A DNA stretch of 64,000 bases from Gemmatimonadota bacterium (GTDB lineage Bacteria > Gemmatimonadota > Gemmatimonadetes > Gemmatimonadales > GWC2-71-9), in contig JBDHKN010000009.1 of the NCBI GenBank assembly GCA_039586365.1, positions 1 through 64,000 on the forward strand, in the 5' to 3' direction. Made by a program: the position numbers and the translations under genes. Below the pieces are notes generated by a model. That model did no database searches. It was given only the letters and a program-made list of their open reading frames with translations, and was not told the origin of the DNA. This document shows positions 54,760 through 64,000 of this stretch, piece after piece. The stretch's first letter is position 1. Each line of letters opens with the position of its first letter.

Positions 54760-57000
54760 ATGACCAACCAAAGTGACCGTTCAGGAAAGTCTCGCGAATC
54801 CGCCACGGGTCACGGATTCGGGACCTCCCCAGTCTTCTTGGCGAGCATCAGTACGATCCTCGGTGCGATCCTATTCTTGCGATTCGGGTACGCGATAGGA
54901 CACACGGGATTGTTGGGTGCGCTAGGGATCATCTTGCTGGGTCACTTAGTAACCGTTCCCACTGCCCTAGCGATATCGGAGATCGCCACGAACCGGAGGG
55001 TTGAGGGGGGCGGAGAGTATTTCATAATCTCGCGCTCATTTGGCACGACTATTGGCGGCGCCATCGGCATTTCACTCTATCTGTCACAGGCAATCTCCGT
55101 CGCTTTCTACATGATTGCGTTTGCCGAGGCCTTTAGGCCGCTGGCGGCGTTGTTCTTGGAGGGATTCGACCCCCGTTTCGTCTCTTTGCCTGCGACGGGT
55201 GCTCTGGCCGTTTTGATGCTGCGGCGTGGTGCCAATGTGGGTGTCAAGGCTCTCTGGGGAGTGGTGGCTCTGTTGGCGCTCTCGCTCGTGCTCTTCGGCT
55301 TGGGTGGCACACCTGATGGGGTCGCGACTGGGGAGCTGGGCTTGGTCGACAGGGTGGCCGATCACGATCCGTTCTTCCTCGTATTCGCCATCGTCTTTCC
55401 CGCTTTTACCGGCATGACAGCTGGAGTGGGCTTGTCCGGGGATCTGGCCAATCCAGGCAAATCCATTCCGGTGGGCGTTATGTCGGCGACACTGACCGGC
55501 ATGGTGGTGTACGTGCTGGTAGCCGCGAAGTTCGCCACCTCAGTGCCGCCGGAGATACTGGCGACAGACCAGTTCGTCATGGCCAGGGTCGCTCTGTGGG
55601 GTCCGATCATTCCAATCGGCCTGGCCTGTGCAACGATCTCCTCTGCAATCGGTTCTATCTTGGTTGCCCCGCGAACCTTGCAGGCACTTGCCACTGACCG
55701 TGTCACACCGTTCGGGCGGATCAACAAGCTGCTAGCAGCTGGGGTTGGTGAGGAGAACGAGCCACGAGCCGCCACAGTGGTTACTGTGTTCGTCGCACTG
55801 GTGATGGTGGCGGTGGGGAACGTCGATCTGGTGGCCCGCATCGTGTCCATGTTTTTCATGGTCACTTACGGGGCGCTCTGTACCATCAGTTTCTTGGAAC
55901 ACTTCGCCGCCCGTCCCTCCTATCGGCCGAGCTTCCGGTCCAAATGGTACTTGAGCCTGCTCGGTGCCGTGATGTGTCTGCTAATGATGTTCCAGATGGA
56001 TCCGTTCTTCGCGCTACTCGCCATCCTGGTCATGGTGGGGCTGTATCGGGGACTGCGTGCTATCCACAATGCGGACGACCTCGCCGGGATCTTCCAGGCC
56101 GTCATGACGCAGCTCTCGCGGCGGTTCCAGGTGAAGCTGCAGTCCAGCGCGGTGCACCATCGCGGTGAGGCATGGCGTCCCAGCATCATCATGGTGAACA
56201 GTCGTACCTTTGAGCGTACAGCGCCGCAACAGTTGCTGACCTGGCTATGCCACAGATATGGGATCGGAACCTACCTCCACTACATCCAAGGCAGACTGGA
56301 CTCGGAGAAGTTCAAGGAGAGCAGGCAGGTGCAGGCCAAACTGGTCAAGATGATGCAGCAACGAGGTAGTGCGATCTACGTGGATACGATGATATCACCA
56401 TCGATCCGCTCGGCCGTTGGTCAGGCGTTGCAGCTCCCCGGCGTGTCCGGTACGGAGAACAACTCGATCCTGTCGGAGTTCATGCTCGACGACGCACCGG
56501 ATGTGTTGCGTGAGATCGAGGAGACTTGTCTCATGGCGAGCGCTGCCCGGATCAGTAGCCTGGTGCTACGTCATGGGGATCACTTCTTCGGGCAGCACTC
56601 GACCATTGATGTGTGGCTGACCTGGCATGACTACAAGAACGCAAGCCTCATGATCTTGCTGTCATATATCTTGTTGGGCCACCCCGATTGGAAGAAGGGT
56701 GAGATCAGGATCTTCGCTGCATTCCCGCAACACGAAGTGCGGGAACAGAGGGTCCAGCTACACGAAATGATCACCTCCGGCAGGCTGCCGGTCAGCAAGA
56801 AGAACCTGCGCGTGATACCAACGGACGAGAAATCAGATTTCACGCGGCTGGTGCAGAGTAGATCGTCGGACGCCGATCTGGTTATCCTCGGTTTCACCGA
56901 AGAGCGACTGCGTGAAAAGGGCATCGATCTGCTGCAGCGCCACACCGCTCTCAAAGACGTTCTGTTCGTTTCGGCAGAGGAGAGGGTCAAGATCGAGTAG
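54760..57000 (+). CDS. Cation-chloride cotransporter-like (SLC12/APC) transporter with cytosolic C-domain
   Basis: ILGAILFLRFG, ISEIATN..VEGGGEYFIISRSFG..IGGAIG, FPAFTGMTAG, SGDLANP.KSIP.G, APRTLQALA.D, YRPSF, WRPSI. Confidence 0.88.
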   Translation: MTNQSDRSGKSRESATGHGFGTSPVFLASISTILGAILFLRFGYAIGHTGLLGALGIILLGHLVTVPTALAISEIATNRRVEGGGEYFIISRSFGTTIGGAIGISLYLSQAISVAFYMIAFAEAFRPLAALFLEGFDPRFVSLPATGALAVLMLRRGANVGVKALWGVVALLALSLVLFGLGGTPDGVATGELGLVDRVADHDPFFLVFAIVFPAFTGMTAGVGLSGDLANPGKSIPVGVMSATLTGMVVYVLVAAKFATSVPPEILATDQFVMARVALWGPIIPIGLACATISSAIGSILVAPRTLQALATDRVTPFGRINKLLAAGVGEENEPRAATVVTVFVALVMVAVGNVDLVARIVSMFFMVTYGALCTISFLEHFAARPSYRPSFRSKWYLSLLGAVMCLLMMFQMDPFFALLAILVMVGLYRGLRAIHNADDLAGIFQAVMTQLSRRFQVKLQSSAVHHRGEAWRPSIIMVNSRTFERTAPQQLLTWLCHRYGIGTYLHYIQGRLDSEKFKESRQVQAKLVKMMQQRGSAIYVDTMISPSIRSAVGQALQLPGVSGTENNSILSEFMLDDAPDVLREIEETCLMASAARISSLVLRHGDHFFGQHSTIDVWLTWHDYKNASLMILLSYILLGHPDWKKGEIRIFAAFPQHEVREQRVQLHEMITSGRLPVSKKNLRVIPTDEKSDFTRLVQSRSSDADLVILGFTEERLREKGIDLLQRHTALKDVLFVSAEERVKIE

Positions 57001-57184
57001 CGTCGTAGCCTGGGGTGGCCACGCAGGCTAGAGAATTCGGTGTTGACCGGTAGAGACCAGCCCAGCCGTGTGCCGTAGTCGGAGCTTTGGCTGCGAACTA
57101 CTAGATTCCAGCGAGACTACCGGAACCTGATCGGCTGACGAAGTCAGCCGCTAGCCCTCAGCTGCAGGATAGCCTGACTGGACG

Positions 57185-58357
57185 ATGCCAAGAAACCAAA
57201 AGGACTTGACGGCCCCACCCTCACCGGAATCTGACAACGGACTCCAGGGAACCGTCGCTTTTCCCCTCGGCACCGAGCTCGTCGCGCAGGAGATCGGCGT
57301 TGACATCGGGCTGCTCGATGGGGCGGCCAGCATACCGCCGGAGATCGATTCGCAACGGCGGGTCGCGGCGGACCTGTCACGGCCGCTCGACGAGCGGCTC
57401 GAAGCCTATGAAGACATCATCGATTCGGAGGTCGGGGATACCACTCTCACGCGCGGTCGCAACCTCGAGCGTGAAGTCGGACTGCGACAGATCTACCTGA
57501 AGTTCGAGGGGGGGAATCCCTCCGGTAGCCAGAAGGATCGTATCGCTTTCGCCCAGGCACTGGACGCGCTGCGCAGAGGCTTCGACACCGTTACCGCAGC
57601 AACATGTGGCAACTATGGGGCTGCCGTGGCACTGGCGGCGTCACTGGCCGGCTTGCGCTGCATCATCTACATCCCCACTCCGTACCACGCCAAGAGGGTT
57701 GGCGAAATCATGAAGTTCGGGGCGGCAATCGAACGACGAGGGGATGACTACGAGACGGCCGTGGTGCTGTCCCGGGAGCGCGCTGAGCGGGAAGATCTCT
57801 ACGATGCCAATCCTGGTGGGCCGAACACACCGATTCAGCTGCAGGCTTACGGTGAGATAGCATATGAGATCTACGACGAACTGCGCGATGCCCCCGCAGC
57901 GGTGGCTGTACCGGTTTCAAACGGTACGACTCTCGCTGGTCTTCACAAAGGGTTCGTGAGTCTCTACCGCCGCGGCAAGACCTCCCGGATGCCCCGCATG
58001 ATTGCAGGTTCGTCGTTCCGCAAGAACCCAATCGTGCGGGCCTTTGTCGGTAAACTGCCTCGCTGTGAAGATTTAGAGCCGGGCCGCGTGCGTGAGACGT
58101 CGGTGAACGAGCCGCTCGTGAACTGGCATTCGATCGACGGAGATCACGCACTCCAGGCGATTCGAGAGACCAGCGGTTGGGCAACCGACGCCAGTGACAA
58201 GAGCATGCTCGACTACGCGCGGCTACTACGCGAACGAGAGGGCCTGAGCGTGCTTCCCGCTTCGACGGCAGGCCTGGCGGCGATGGCACAGCGACACCGA
58301 ACAGAGCCGCTCCCTGGCGACAGGTACGTCGTGCTTCTCACCGGGCGCAAGGCGTGA
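57185..58357 (+). CDS. Threonine synthase-like fold-type II PLP enzyme
   Basis: VGDTTL, IYLKFEGGNPSGSQKDR, ATCGNYG, IAYEI, VPVSNGT, VLPAS, VVLLTG. Confidence 0.85.
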   Translation: MPRNQKDLTAPPSPESDNGLQGTVAFPLGTELVAQEIGVDIGLLDGAASIPPEIDSQRRVAADLSRPLDERLEAYEDIIDSEVGDTTLTRGRNLEREVGLRQIYLKFEGGNPSGSQKDRIAFAQALDALRRGFDTVTAATCGNYGAAVALAASLAGLRCIIYIPTPYHAKRVGEIMKFGAAIERRGDDYETAVVLSRERAEREDLYDANPGGPNTPIQLQAYGEIAYEIYDELRDAPAAVAVPVSNGTTLAGLHKGFVSLYRRGKTSRMPRMIAGSSFRKNPIVRAFVGKLPRCEDLEPGRVRETSVNEPLVNWHSIDGDHALQAIRETSGWATDASDKSMLDYARLLREREGLSVLPASTAGLAAMAQRHRTEPLPGDRYVVLLTGRKA

Positions 58358-59454
58358 CGCAGCTGCTGGATGGGAATGCGATCGTCTATTGCCAGGGAGC
58401 TTTCGGCACGACCAACGGGAAGACTGCCCACGGCCTGGTGCGTCGTACGCGGCGCTACCGGGTGCTTTCGGTGGTCGATTCGTGGTGTGCCGGTAGCGAC
58501 GCGGGTGAGCTGCTGGACGGCAGATCGCTGGGCATCCCAATTCACTCAACGGTTGCTGCTGCCGTTGAGGCTACCAACGCCGGCACGAACCGGAGACCGA
58601 CCCACCTCGTGGTAGGGTTGGCTCCCGACGGAGGCCGGCTGCCGGCCGAGGCGCGCGAGGAGATCATGACGGCGCTCGAACTGGGTCTCAACGTCGACTC
58701 GGGACTGCACGACTTCCTGTCGGAGGATGCAGAGCTGGCCGGCCTGGCAGCCAAACACGGCGCTACGATTCGCGATATCCGTAAGCCACCCGACCGCCGG
58801 CAGTTGCACTTCTTCAGCGGAAAGATCGAACAGGTGAGTTCGCTCAGGGTCGCGCTGTTGGGAACAGATAGCGCTGTGGGAAAGCGCACCACCGCATGGC
58901 TGCTGCTCGACGCGCTCGAAGCTGCGGGCTTCAGGGCGGAACTGGTGGGCACCGGCCAAACCGCTTGGATGCAGGGGGCTCGCTATTCGGTGATACTTGA
59001 TTCGTTGGTGAACGACTTCGTGGCCGGCGAGATCGAGCATGCAGTGTGGTCGGCCTGGAACGAGACCCAACCCGACGTCATTGTGATCGAAGGCCAGGGG
59101 AGTCTAATGAATCCTGCCTACCCCGGTGGCCATGAGATCCTTGCTGCGGGGAGGCCCGATGTGGTCGTACTGCAGCACGCGCCCGCGCGCAGTGAATACG
59201 ACGGTTTTCCGGGGTATCCGCTGCACCCCCTCTCACGGCAGATCCAGGCGGTCGAAATCCTGTCAGGCAAGCCCGTGATCGCAATCACCATCAACCATGA
59301 GAACCTGACAGAGTCGGAAACCGAGGCTGCCTGTGCCAGTATCAGGGCCGAGACTGGATTGCCAACGAGTGCTCCCCTGCGTACCGGCTTGCAGCCGGTG
59401 CTGGCCGCAATCGAGCGGCACGTCACTCGGGGAGAGCAGCCGGCCCATGAATGA
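58354..59454 (+). CDS. DUF1611 family protein (DgcN-like N-acetyltransferase, P-loop)
   Basis: GKTAHGLVR, GLAPDGGRLP, SGLHDFL, GTDSAVGKRTT, TGQT, DFVAGEIE, EGQGSL; GTGA-coupled. Confidence 0.88.
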   Translation: MTQLLDGNAIVYCQGAFGTTNGKTAHGLVRRTRRYRVLSVVDSWCAGSDAGELLDGRSLGIPIHSTVAAAVEATNAGTNRRPTHLVVGLAPDGGRLPAEAREEIMTALELGLNVDSGLHDFLSEDAELAGLAAKHGATIRDIRKPPDRRQLHFFSGKIEQVSSLRVALLGTDSAVGKRTTAWLLLDALEAAGFRAELVGTGQTAWMQGARYSVILDSLVNDFVAGEIEHAVWSAWNETQPDVIVIEGQGSLMNPAYPGGHEILAAGRPDVVVLQHAPARSEYDGFPGYPLHPLSRQIQAVEILSGKPVIAITINHENLTESETEAACASIRAETGLPTSAPLRTGLQPVLAAIERHVTRGEQPAHE

Positions 59455-61036
59455 CGCGAGGGATGATGGCGCGGTGCAGCCGCGAGCTCCTGGGGAAAGC
59501 GGCCTGGACCAATCGTTGGTAGAGGAAGATCTGTGGAGTTGCCTGCGGGTGATTCGGCGGCTCGAGGTCGGCCCGATCAGATTGGAGCCTCAGCGGGTGG
59601 TCGCACCTTACACGGTGGTGACGGATAGCGGCAGCGACACCACGGAGCTGATCTATCGGTTCGGGCCAAAGGTGTTCGACCCGGCTGATCCCGGAGCGCA
59701 CAACCTCGCTAGCATGATAGCGGCGCAGGTGGCGCTGAACTACGGGTTGTTCGCGGACGAGATCCACTTCCTGGGTACCTACGACGCGGTTGACCGGGAG
59801 TTCCTACGGGACATGGCCGAAAACACCGCACGAGAGATCGCGGTGAAGAAATTCCTCGAGCCCAATCCGTTCCTCAGGGGTCAGGCAGCGAACTTGCCGG
59901 CCATCAAACGGCAACGCTACTGCCACGCCCGTATCCGCTTCCCCGTGGCGACAGGATCAGCTGGGAGGGGCGAGGTTCGTGTGATTGAGCCGTGGAGCGA
60001 CAATCCATCGCGTCACGCGATTCTCTCCAGCGGCGGGAAGGAAAGCCTGCTCACGCTTGGCCTGCTCAGGGAGATCGGTTGCGACACATATCCCATTTTC
60101 GTCAACGAGTCGGGCAGGCATTGGCTTACGGCCCTGAACGCCTACCGCCACTTGGCTGCATCGCATCCTGGCACAGGGCGCGTGTGGACCAACTCGGACC
60201 GCGTGTTTGCGTGGTTCCTCCGTCGCCTCCCATTTGTGAGACAGGACTTTGCCAATGTGCGCTCGGATGAGTATCCGATCCGGCTGTGGACCGTTGCCGT
60301 GTTTCTTTTCGGGGTTCTCCCGCTAATGCGTGTGAACAGGGTTGGTCGCCTCTTGATCGGTGACGAGTTCGACACCACCCGCCGAGCGTATCATCGGGGA
60401 ATCCCGCATTACGATGGGCTGTATGACCAGAGCCGGTACTTCGACCAGATGGTCGGCCGATATTTTCAGCGCAAGGGGTTCGCTGTCGCACAGTTCTCTG
60501 CGGTACGCAACCTGTCAGAGCCGCTGGTACAGAAGATTCTGGCAGAGCGGTATACGGACCTGTTTGAGCACCAGGTGTCGTGCCATGCGACACATCAAGA
60601 CGGGGTACGGGTCAGACCGTGCGGGCGTTGCGAGAAGTGCCGTCGCGTCGTGGGCATGCTGGTGGCGTTCCAGCTCGATCCGAAGCGGTGCGGCTACACC
60701 GACGAGCAGGTGGCAGACTGTCTCGCAGCGTTTGCTTCAGCTGGAGTGAACCAGGAATCGATCGGAGCACAGCATCTGGCCTATCTACTGACGCAGCGAG
60801 GTCTTTTGCCCAACGGCGCCGCGGGACTGGCCGCTCCCCGTATGAGACCCGAGGTGATGATGTTACGGTTTGATCCGGACAAGTCCCCACTGGACGGAAT
60901 GCCGCCGGATCTGCGAGGACCCGTATTCCGCATCTTGCTGCAACATGCCGAGGGCGCATTGAGACGAGTGGGACGAGATTGGCAGAGATTTGACCCACTC
61001 GACGACGCAGGGCGGAAACACCCTAACGATGTGTGA
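59447..61036 (+). CDS. PP-loop ATPase with C-terminal Cys cluster (MurL/QueC-like), function unknown
   Basis: SSGGKES PP-loop; QVSCH...PCGRCEKC; start ATG 59447 overlaps the DUF1611 stop. Confidence 0.75.
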   Translation: MNDARDDGAVQPRAPGESGLDQSLVEEDLWSCLRVIRRLEVGPIRLEPQRVVAPYTVVTDSGSDTTELIYRFGPKVFDPADPGAHNLASMIAAQVALNYGLFADEIHFLGTYDAVDREFLRDMAENTAREIAVKKFLEPNPFLRGQAANLPAIKRQRYCHARIRFPVATGSAGRGEVRVIEPWSDNPSRHAILSSGGKESLLTLGLLREIGCDTYPIFVNESGRHWLTALNAYRHLAASHPGTGRVWTNSDRVFAWFLRRLPFVRQDFANVRSDEYPIRLWTVAVFLFGVLPLMRVNRVGRLLIGDEFDTTRRAYHRGIPHYDGLYDQSRYFDQMVGRYFQRKGFAVAQFSAVRNLSEPLVQKILAERYTDLFEHQVSCHATHQDGVRVRPCGRCEKCRRVVGMLVAFQLDPKRCGYTDEQVADCLAAFASAGVNQESIGAQHLAYLLTQRGLLPNGAAGLAAPRMRPEVMMLRFDPDKSPLDGMPPDLRGPVFRILLQHAEGALRRVGRDWQRFDPLDDAGRKHPNDV

Positions 61037-61824
61037 TAGCAATGGACTTGATCAACCTAGGTGAACTGACTTGGCCAGAGGCCAAGGAGAGATTCGAGTT
61101 AGTCGACATCGCTCTTTTACCTGTCGGAGCAATCGAGCAACATGGACCTCATCTTCCGTTGGACACGGACGCATTCGATGCGGCATACCTTGCGAAGCAG
61201 GTCGCTACGGCCTGCAGCCAGCCGCGGCCGGTGGTCCTACCTCTGATCCCGTACGGAGTCTCGTATCACCATGCGGACTTCAAGGGTACGATCAGCGTCA
61301 GTCCAAATACGTTGGCAGGGCTGGTGCACGACGTAGGCATGAGCGCCGCACATAACGGAGTCAAGAAGCTGGTGATCGTAAACGCCCACGGCGGCAACGT
61401 ACCGGCGCTCCACTTTGCTGCGCAAACGATCAACCGTGACGCCCGGATCTTCACGTGCGTCGACTCAGGTGAGACGAGTGACGCCGACGTGTATGCCATG
61501 GCCGAAACCCCCAATGACGTACACGCCGGAGAGATCGAGACCAGTACGGTTATGGCTCTACGGCCTGACGCTGTGCGGTTGGGGAAGCGGCGCAAGTTCG
61601 TGCCAAAGTTCTCGAGTCACTACCTCGACTTCACTTCGAGACGAAGTGTCTCTTGGTACGCTAGGACGGCACGTATCTCGCCTTCCGGCGTACTGGGTGA
61701 TCCGACGAAGGCTAGTCGTGAGAAGGGGGAGCGGATTTGGGCCGTCATGATCAAGAACCTCGTCGAGTTGGTTGAGCACATCAAAGAGATGAGCCTCGAC
61801 GAGATCTACCAGACCAAGTACTGA
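61033..61824 (+). CDS. Creatininase / creatinine amidohydrolase family protein
   Basis: LPVGAIEQHGPHLPLDTD, YGVSYHH..FKGT, NAHGGN, HAGEIETS, GVLGDP; start either GTG 61033 or ATG 61042. Confidence 0.92.
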   Translation: MIAMDLINLGELTWPEAKERFELVDIALLPVGAIEQHGPHLPLDTDAFDAAYLAKQVATACSQPRPVVLPLIPYGVSYHHADFKGTISVSPNTLAGLVHDVGMSAAHNGVKKLVIVNAHGGNVPALHFAAQTINRDARIFTCVDSGETSDADVYAMAETPNDVHAGEIETSTVMALRPDAVRLGKRRKFVPKFSSHYLDFTSRRSVSWYARTARISPSGVLGDPTKASREKGERIWAVMIKNLVELVEHIKEMSLDEIYQTKY

Positions 61825-61831
61825 AGCACTG

Positions 61832-62899
61832 ATGGAGATCACTCGGGTCGAAGCCTGGCCGATAGCGCTGACCTTGACGGAGCCGTACACGATCGCCTAC
61901 GAGACGATCACGAGTGCAACAAATGTGTTAGTGCGGATCGAGACCAACGGCAAGCACGTAGGCTATGGCTGTGCCGCACCTGACATGCAGGTAACCGGAG
62001 AGAATGCAGCCATCGTATTGGAGGCCATCGGCAGTACGGCAGCATCGTTGTTGCGGGGAGAGGATCCCCTGCGGACGGCGATGCTGCTGGATCGATTGCA
62101 GCCCGATCTGCGTGCGAGACCCTCTGCGATGGCGGCCGTCGACATGGCGCTGCACGATCTTCTCGGTAAGGTGTGTGATCTGCCGCTGTGGAGAATTCTG
62201 GGTGGCTATCGGGACCGGATCGAAACGAGCGTGACGATTGGCATCTTGCCGGAGGCAGAGACCTTGGAGCGGGCGGTGGAATGGGTAGCCAGAGGTTTCC
62301 GCTGTCTCAAGCTCAAGGGTGGACGGGATGTAGATAGCGACATCGTCCGGGTGCTCAAGGTACGCGAGCGGTTCGGGGAACGCATCGAGATCCGGTTCGA
62401 CGCCAATCAGGGATATACGGTGGAAGAGGCACTCCGTTTTGTGGAGCAGACAAAAGCCGCACGACTGGAGCTGTTGGAGCAACCCACACCCAAGGGACAA
62501 CCGGATCTGCTTGGCGGTGTCACGCGGTCGGTACCCATCCCGGTGATGGCTGACGAGAGCCTCATGGGTCTACGCGATGCATTCAGGCTGGCACGGGACG
62601 GGCTGGCGGACATGGTGAACGTCAAGCTCATGAAGGTAGGTGGGATAGCAGAGGCGATTCAGATCAACGCCGTGGCCCGGTCCGCCGGCGTGGAGGTCAT
62701 GGTCGGTTGCATGGACGAAACCGAACTGGCCATTGCCGCCGGATTGCACTATGCGTTGGCGCGTCCCAACGTCATCTACGCGGACCTCGACGGTCACTTG
62801 GCGCTACAAGACGATCCAACGAGTGGTACGGTGCTGCTGCGAGACGGCACTCTGTACGCGAGTGAGAAACCGGGATTGGGGTTGCAATCGCTACGTTAG
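61832..62899 (+). CDS. Dipeptide epimerase (L-Ala-D/L-Glu epimerase / DgcA-like, enolase superfamily)
   Basis: KLK, DANQG, EQP, DES, NVKLMK, GCMDE, DLDG. Confidence 0.92.
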   Translation: MEITRVEAWPIALTLTEPYTIAYETITSATNVLVRIETNGKHVGYGCAAPDMQVTGENAAIVLEAIGSTAASLLRGEDPLRTAMLLDRLQPDLRARPSAMAAVDMALHDLLGKVCDLPLWRILGGYRDRIETSVTIGILPEAETLERAVEWVARGFRCLKLKGGRDVDSDIVRVLKVRERFGERIEIRFDANQGYTVEEALRFVEQTKAARLELLEQPTPKGQPDLLGGVTRSVPIPVMADESLMGLRDAFRLARDGLADMVNVKLMKVGGIAEAIQINAVARSAGVEVMVGCMDETELAIAAGLHYALARPNVIYADLDGHLALQDDPTSGTVLLRDGTLYASEKPGLGLQSLR

Positions 62900-62953
62900 T
62901 CCGTCGCGCGAACCCATTCCGCCGGCGAGTCTGCCTCAGTTGTGCTGGTCTTG

Positions 62954-64000
62954 TCAAGCCCCGACCTTATGCAGACGACGAACCAACGGTCGTAGAGTGA
63001 GACCCTGCACGATGATCGAAAACGCCACGACCGTGTAGGTGATGGGCAGGATGATGGCGCGACCCTGTGCGGCTGAGAGCGAAAGTGCCAGGGCAACGGA
63101 GATCCCACCTCGCAGTCCGCTCCACGTGAGCAACTTGATGACGTGGGGGCTGAACGACCGTCGCGCTCGCATCGCTGTGATCGGCAGCGCCACGCTGAGC
63201 CAGCGAGCACCCAAGACCATGGGAATGCTGAGCAAGCCGGCCAGCACTGCCTTTCCCGCAATGGTGACTACGAGTAGCTCGAATCCGATGAGCATGAATA
63301 GCAGGGCGTTCAATAGATCGTCCACTAGCTCCCAGAAGACGTCGAGACGCTCACGTGTGCGGTCGGACATGGCGAATCGCCGTCCGTGGTTCCCTATCAG
63401 TAATCCGGCCACGACCATTGCCAACGGTCCGGATAGCCGCAACTCCAATGCCAGTGCGTAACCCCCGGTTACGACAGCCAGCGTGATCAAGACTTCGATC
63501 TGATGTTGGTCGATGCGCTTCAACATGTGATACGCGATCCAACCGATGCCGAAACCAAACGCCAGACCGCCGATCACCTCACGTATCAGTACGTCGGCGA
63601 CTTCGCTCATTGCCACCTCGTGTCCCCCTCCAGTGAGTCGCAGCAACGTGAGGAAGAGCACGACTCCTACGCCGTCGTTGAACAGTGATTCACCCGCGAT
63701 CTTCATCTCGAGAGTCTTCGGCACGGTGAGCTGTTTCAACACACTCATCACGGCAATGGGATCGGTGGGAGAGATCAGTGCACCGAAAAGTAGGCAGTGG
63801 ATGAACGGGATCTCGATTCCGATGGCCCGGAACATGACGAACGTCCCTGCGGCAATGACCGCAGTTGAAACGAGTACACCAAGGATTGCCAGAACTCCGA
63901 TTATTGCTTTTTGCCTCGCCAGGTCATCCAGATCGATATGTAGTGCGCCGGCGAATAGCAGCGCCCCCAACATTCCATGCAGCAGAGTCCTATCGAAGTC
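62954..64000 (-). CDS. CPA1 (NhaP-type) Na+/H+ antiporter, 5'-truncated by window edge
   Basis: FGALISPTDPIAV, IAGESLFNDG, SGPLAMVVAG, GLRGGISVALAL, SIIVQGLT; frame open to 64000. Confidence 0.94.
   Translation of the reverse strand, partial: DFDRTLLHGMLGALLFAGALHIDLDDLARQKAIIGVLAILGVLVSTAVIAAGTFVMFRAIGIEIPFIHCLLFGALISPTDPIAVMSVLKQLTVPKTLEMKIAGESLFNDGVGVVLFLTLLRLTGGGHEVAMSEVADVLIREVIGGLAFGFGIGWIAYHMLKRIDQHQIEVLITLAVVTGGYALALELRLSGPLAMVVAGLLIGNHGRRFAMSDRTRERLDVFWELVDDLLNALLFMLIGFELLVVTIAGKAVLAGLLSIPMVLGARWLSVALPITAMRARRSFSPHVIKLLTWSGLRGGISVALALSLSAAQGRAIILPITYTVVAFSIIVQGLTLRPLVRRLHKVGA

Noticed and set aside
1..64000. Mobile elements, prophage, tRNA/rRNA genes, defence systems
   Set aside because: No transposase, integrase, phage structural, cas or restriction motifs and no tRNA/rRNA signatures were seen.

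Overview
A GC-rich bacterial chromosome segment with about 45 genes, dense and mostly operonic. The gene content and the small hypothetical genes suggest Gemmatimonadota, but this is inference. In order it holds: a DUF885 protein and a peptide ABC importer lacking its ATPases; a densely base-paired ~500-nt non-coding region; an internally deleted M20 peptidase with AbgT and an atypical GGT; a five-gene RiPP-like cluster; three small hypotheticals, two lytic transglycosylases, moaC and holB; an amidohydrolase; an archaeal-type gatE-gatD pair; PLP enzymes and an M24 peptidase; hsp20 with a sigma-54-type promoter; a ~20-kb trehalose/GlgE alpha-glucan island; a membrane Ser/Thr kinase; a GH47 mannosidase; and an SLC12-like transporter followed by a five-enzyme operon (ThrC-like, DUF1611, MurL-like PP-loop, creatininase family, dipeptide epimerase) and a CPA1 antiporter. 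The best candidate for an undescribed system is the RiPP-like cluster at 11155-14889. It encodes an HprK-related kinase, a nucleotidyltransferase, a stand-alone RRE, a PRMT-fold methyltransferase with an RRE-like tail, and an 87-aa precursor with an RRxFLK + YxxP leader, but no cyclase, protease or exporter. Bacterial GatDE and the 54.8-62.9 kb operon come next. No rRNA, tRNA, CRISPR array or transposase was seen. All calls come from motif recognition by eye; no database search was run.
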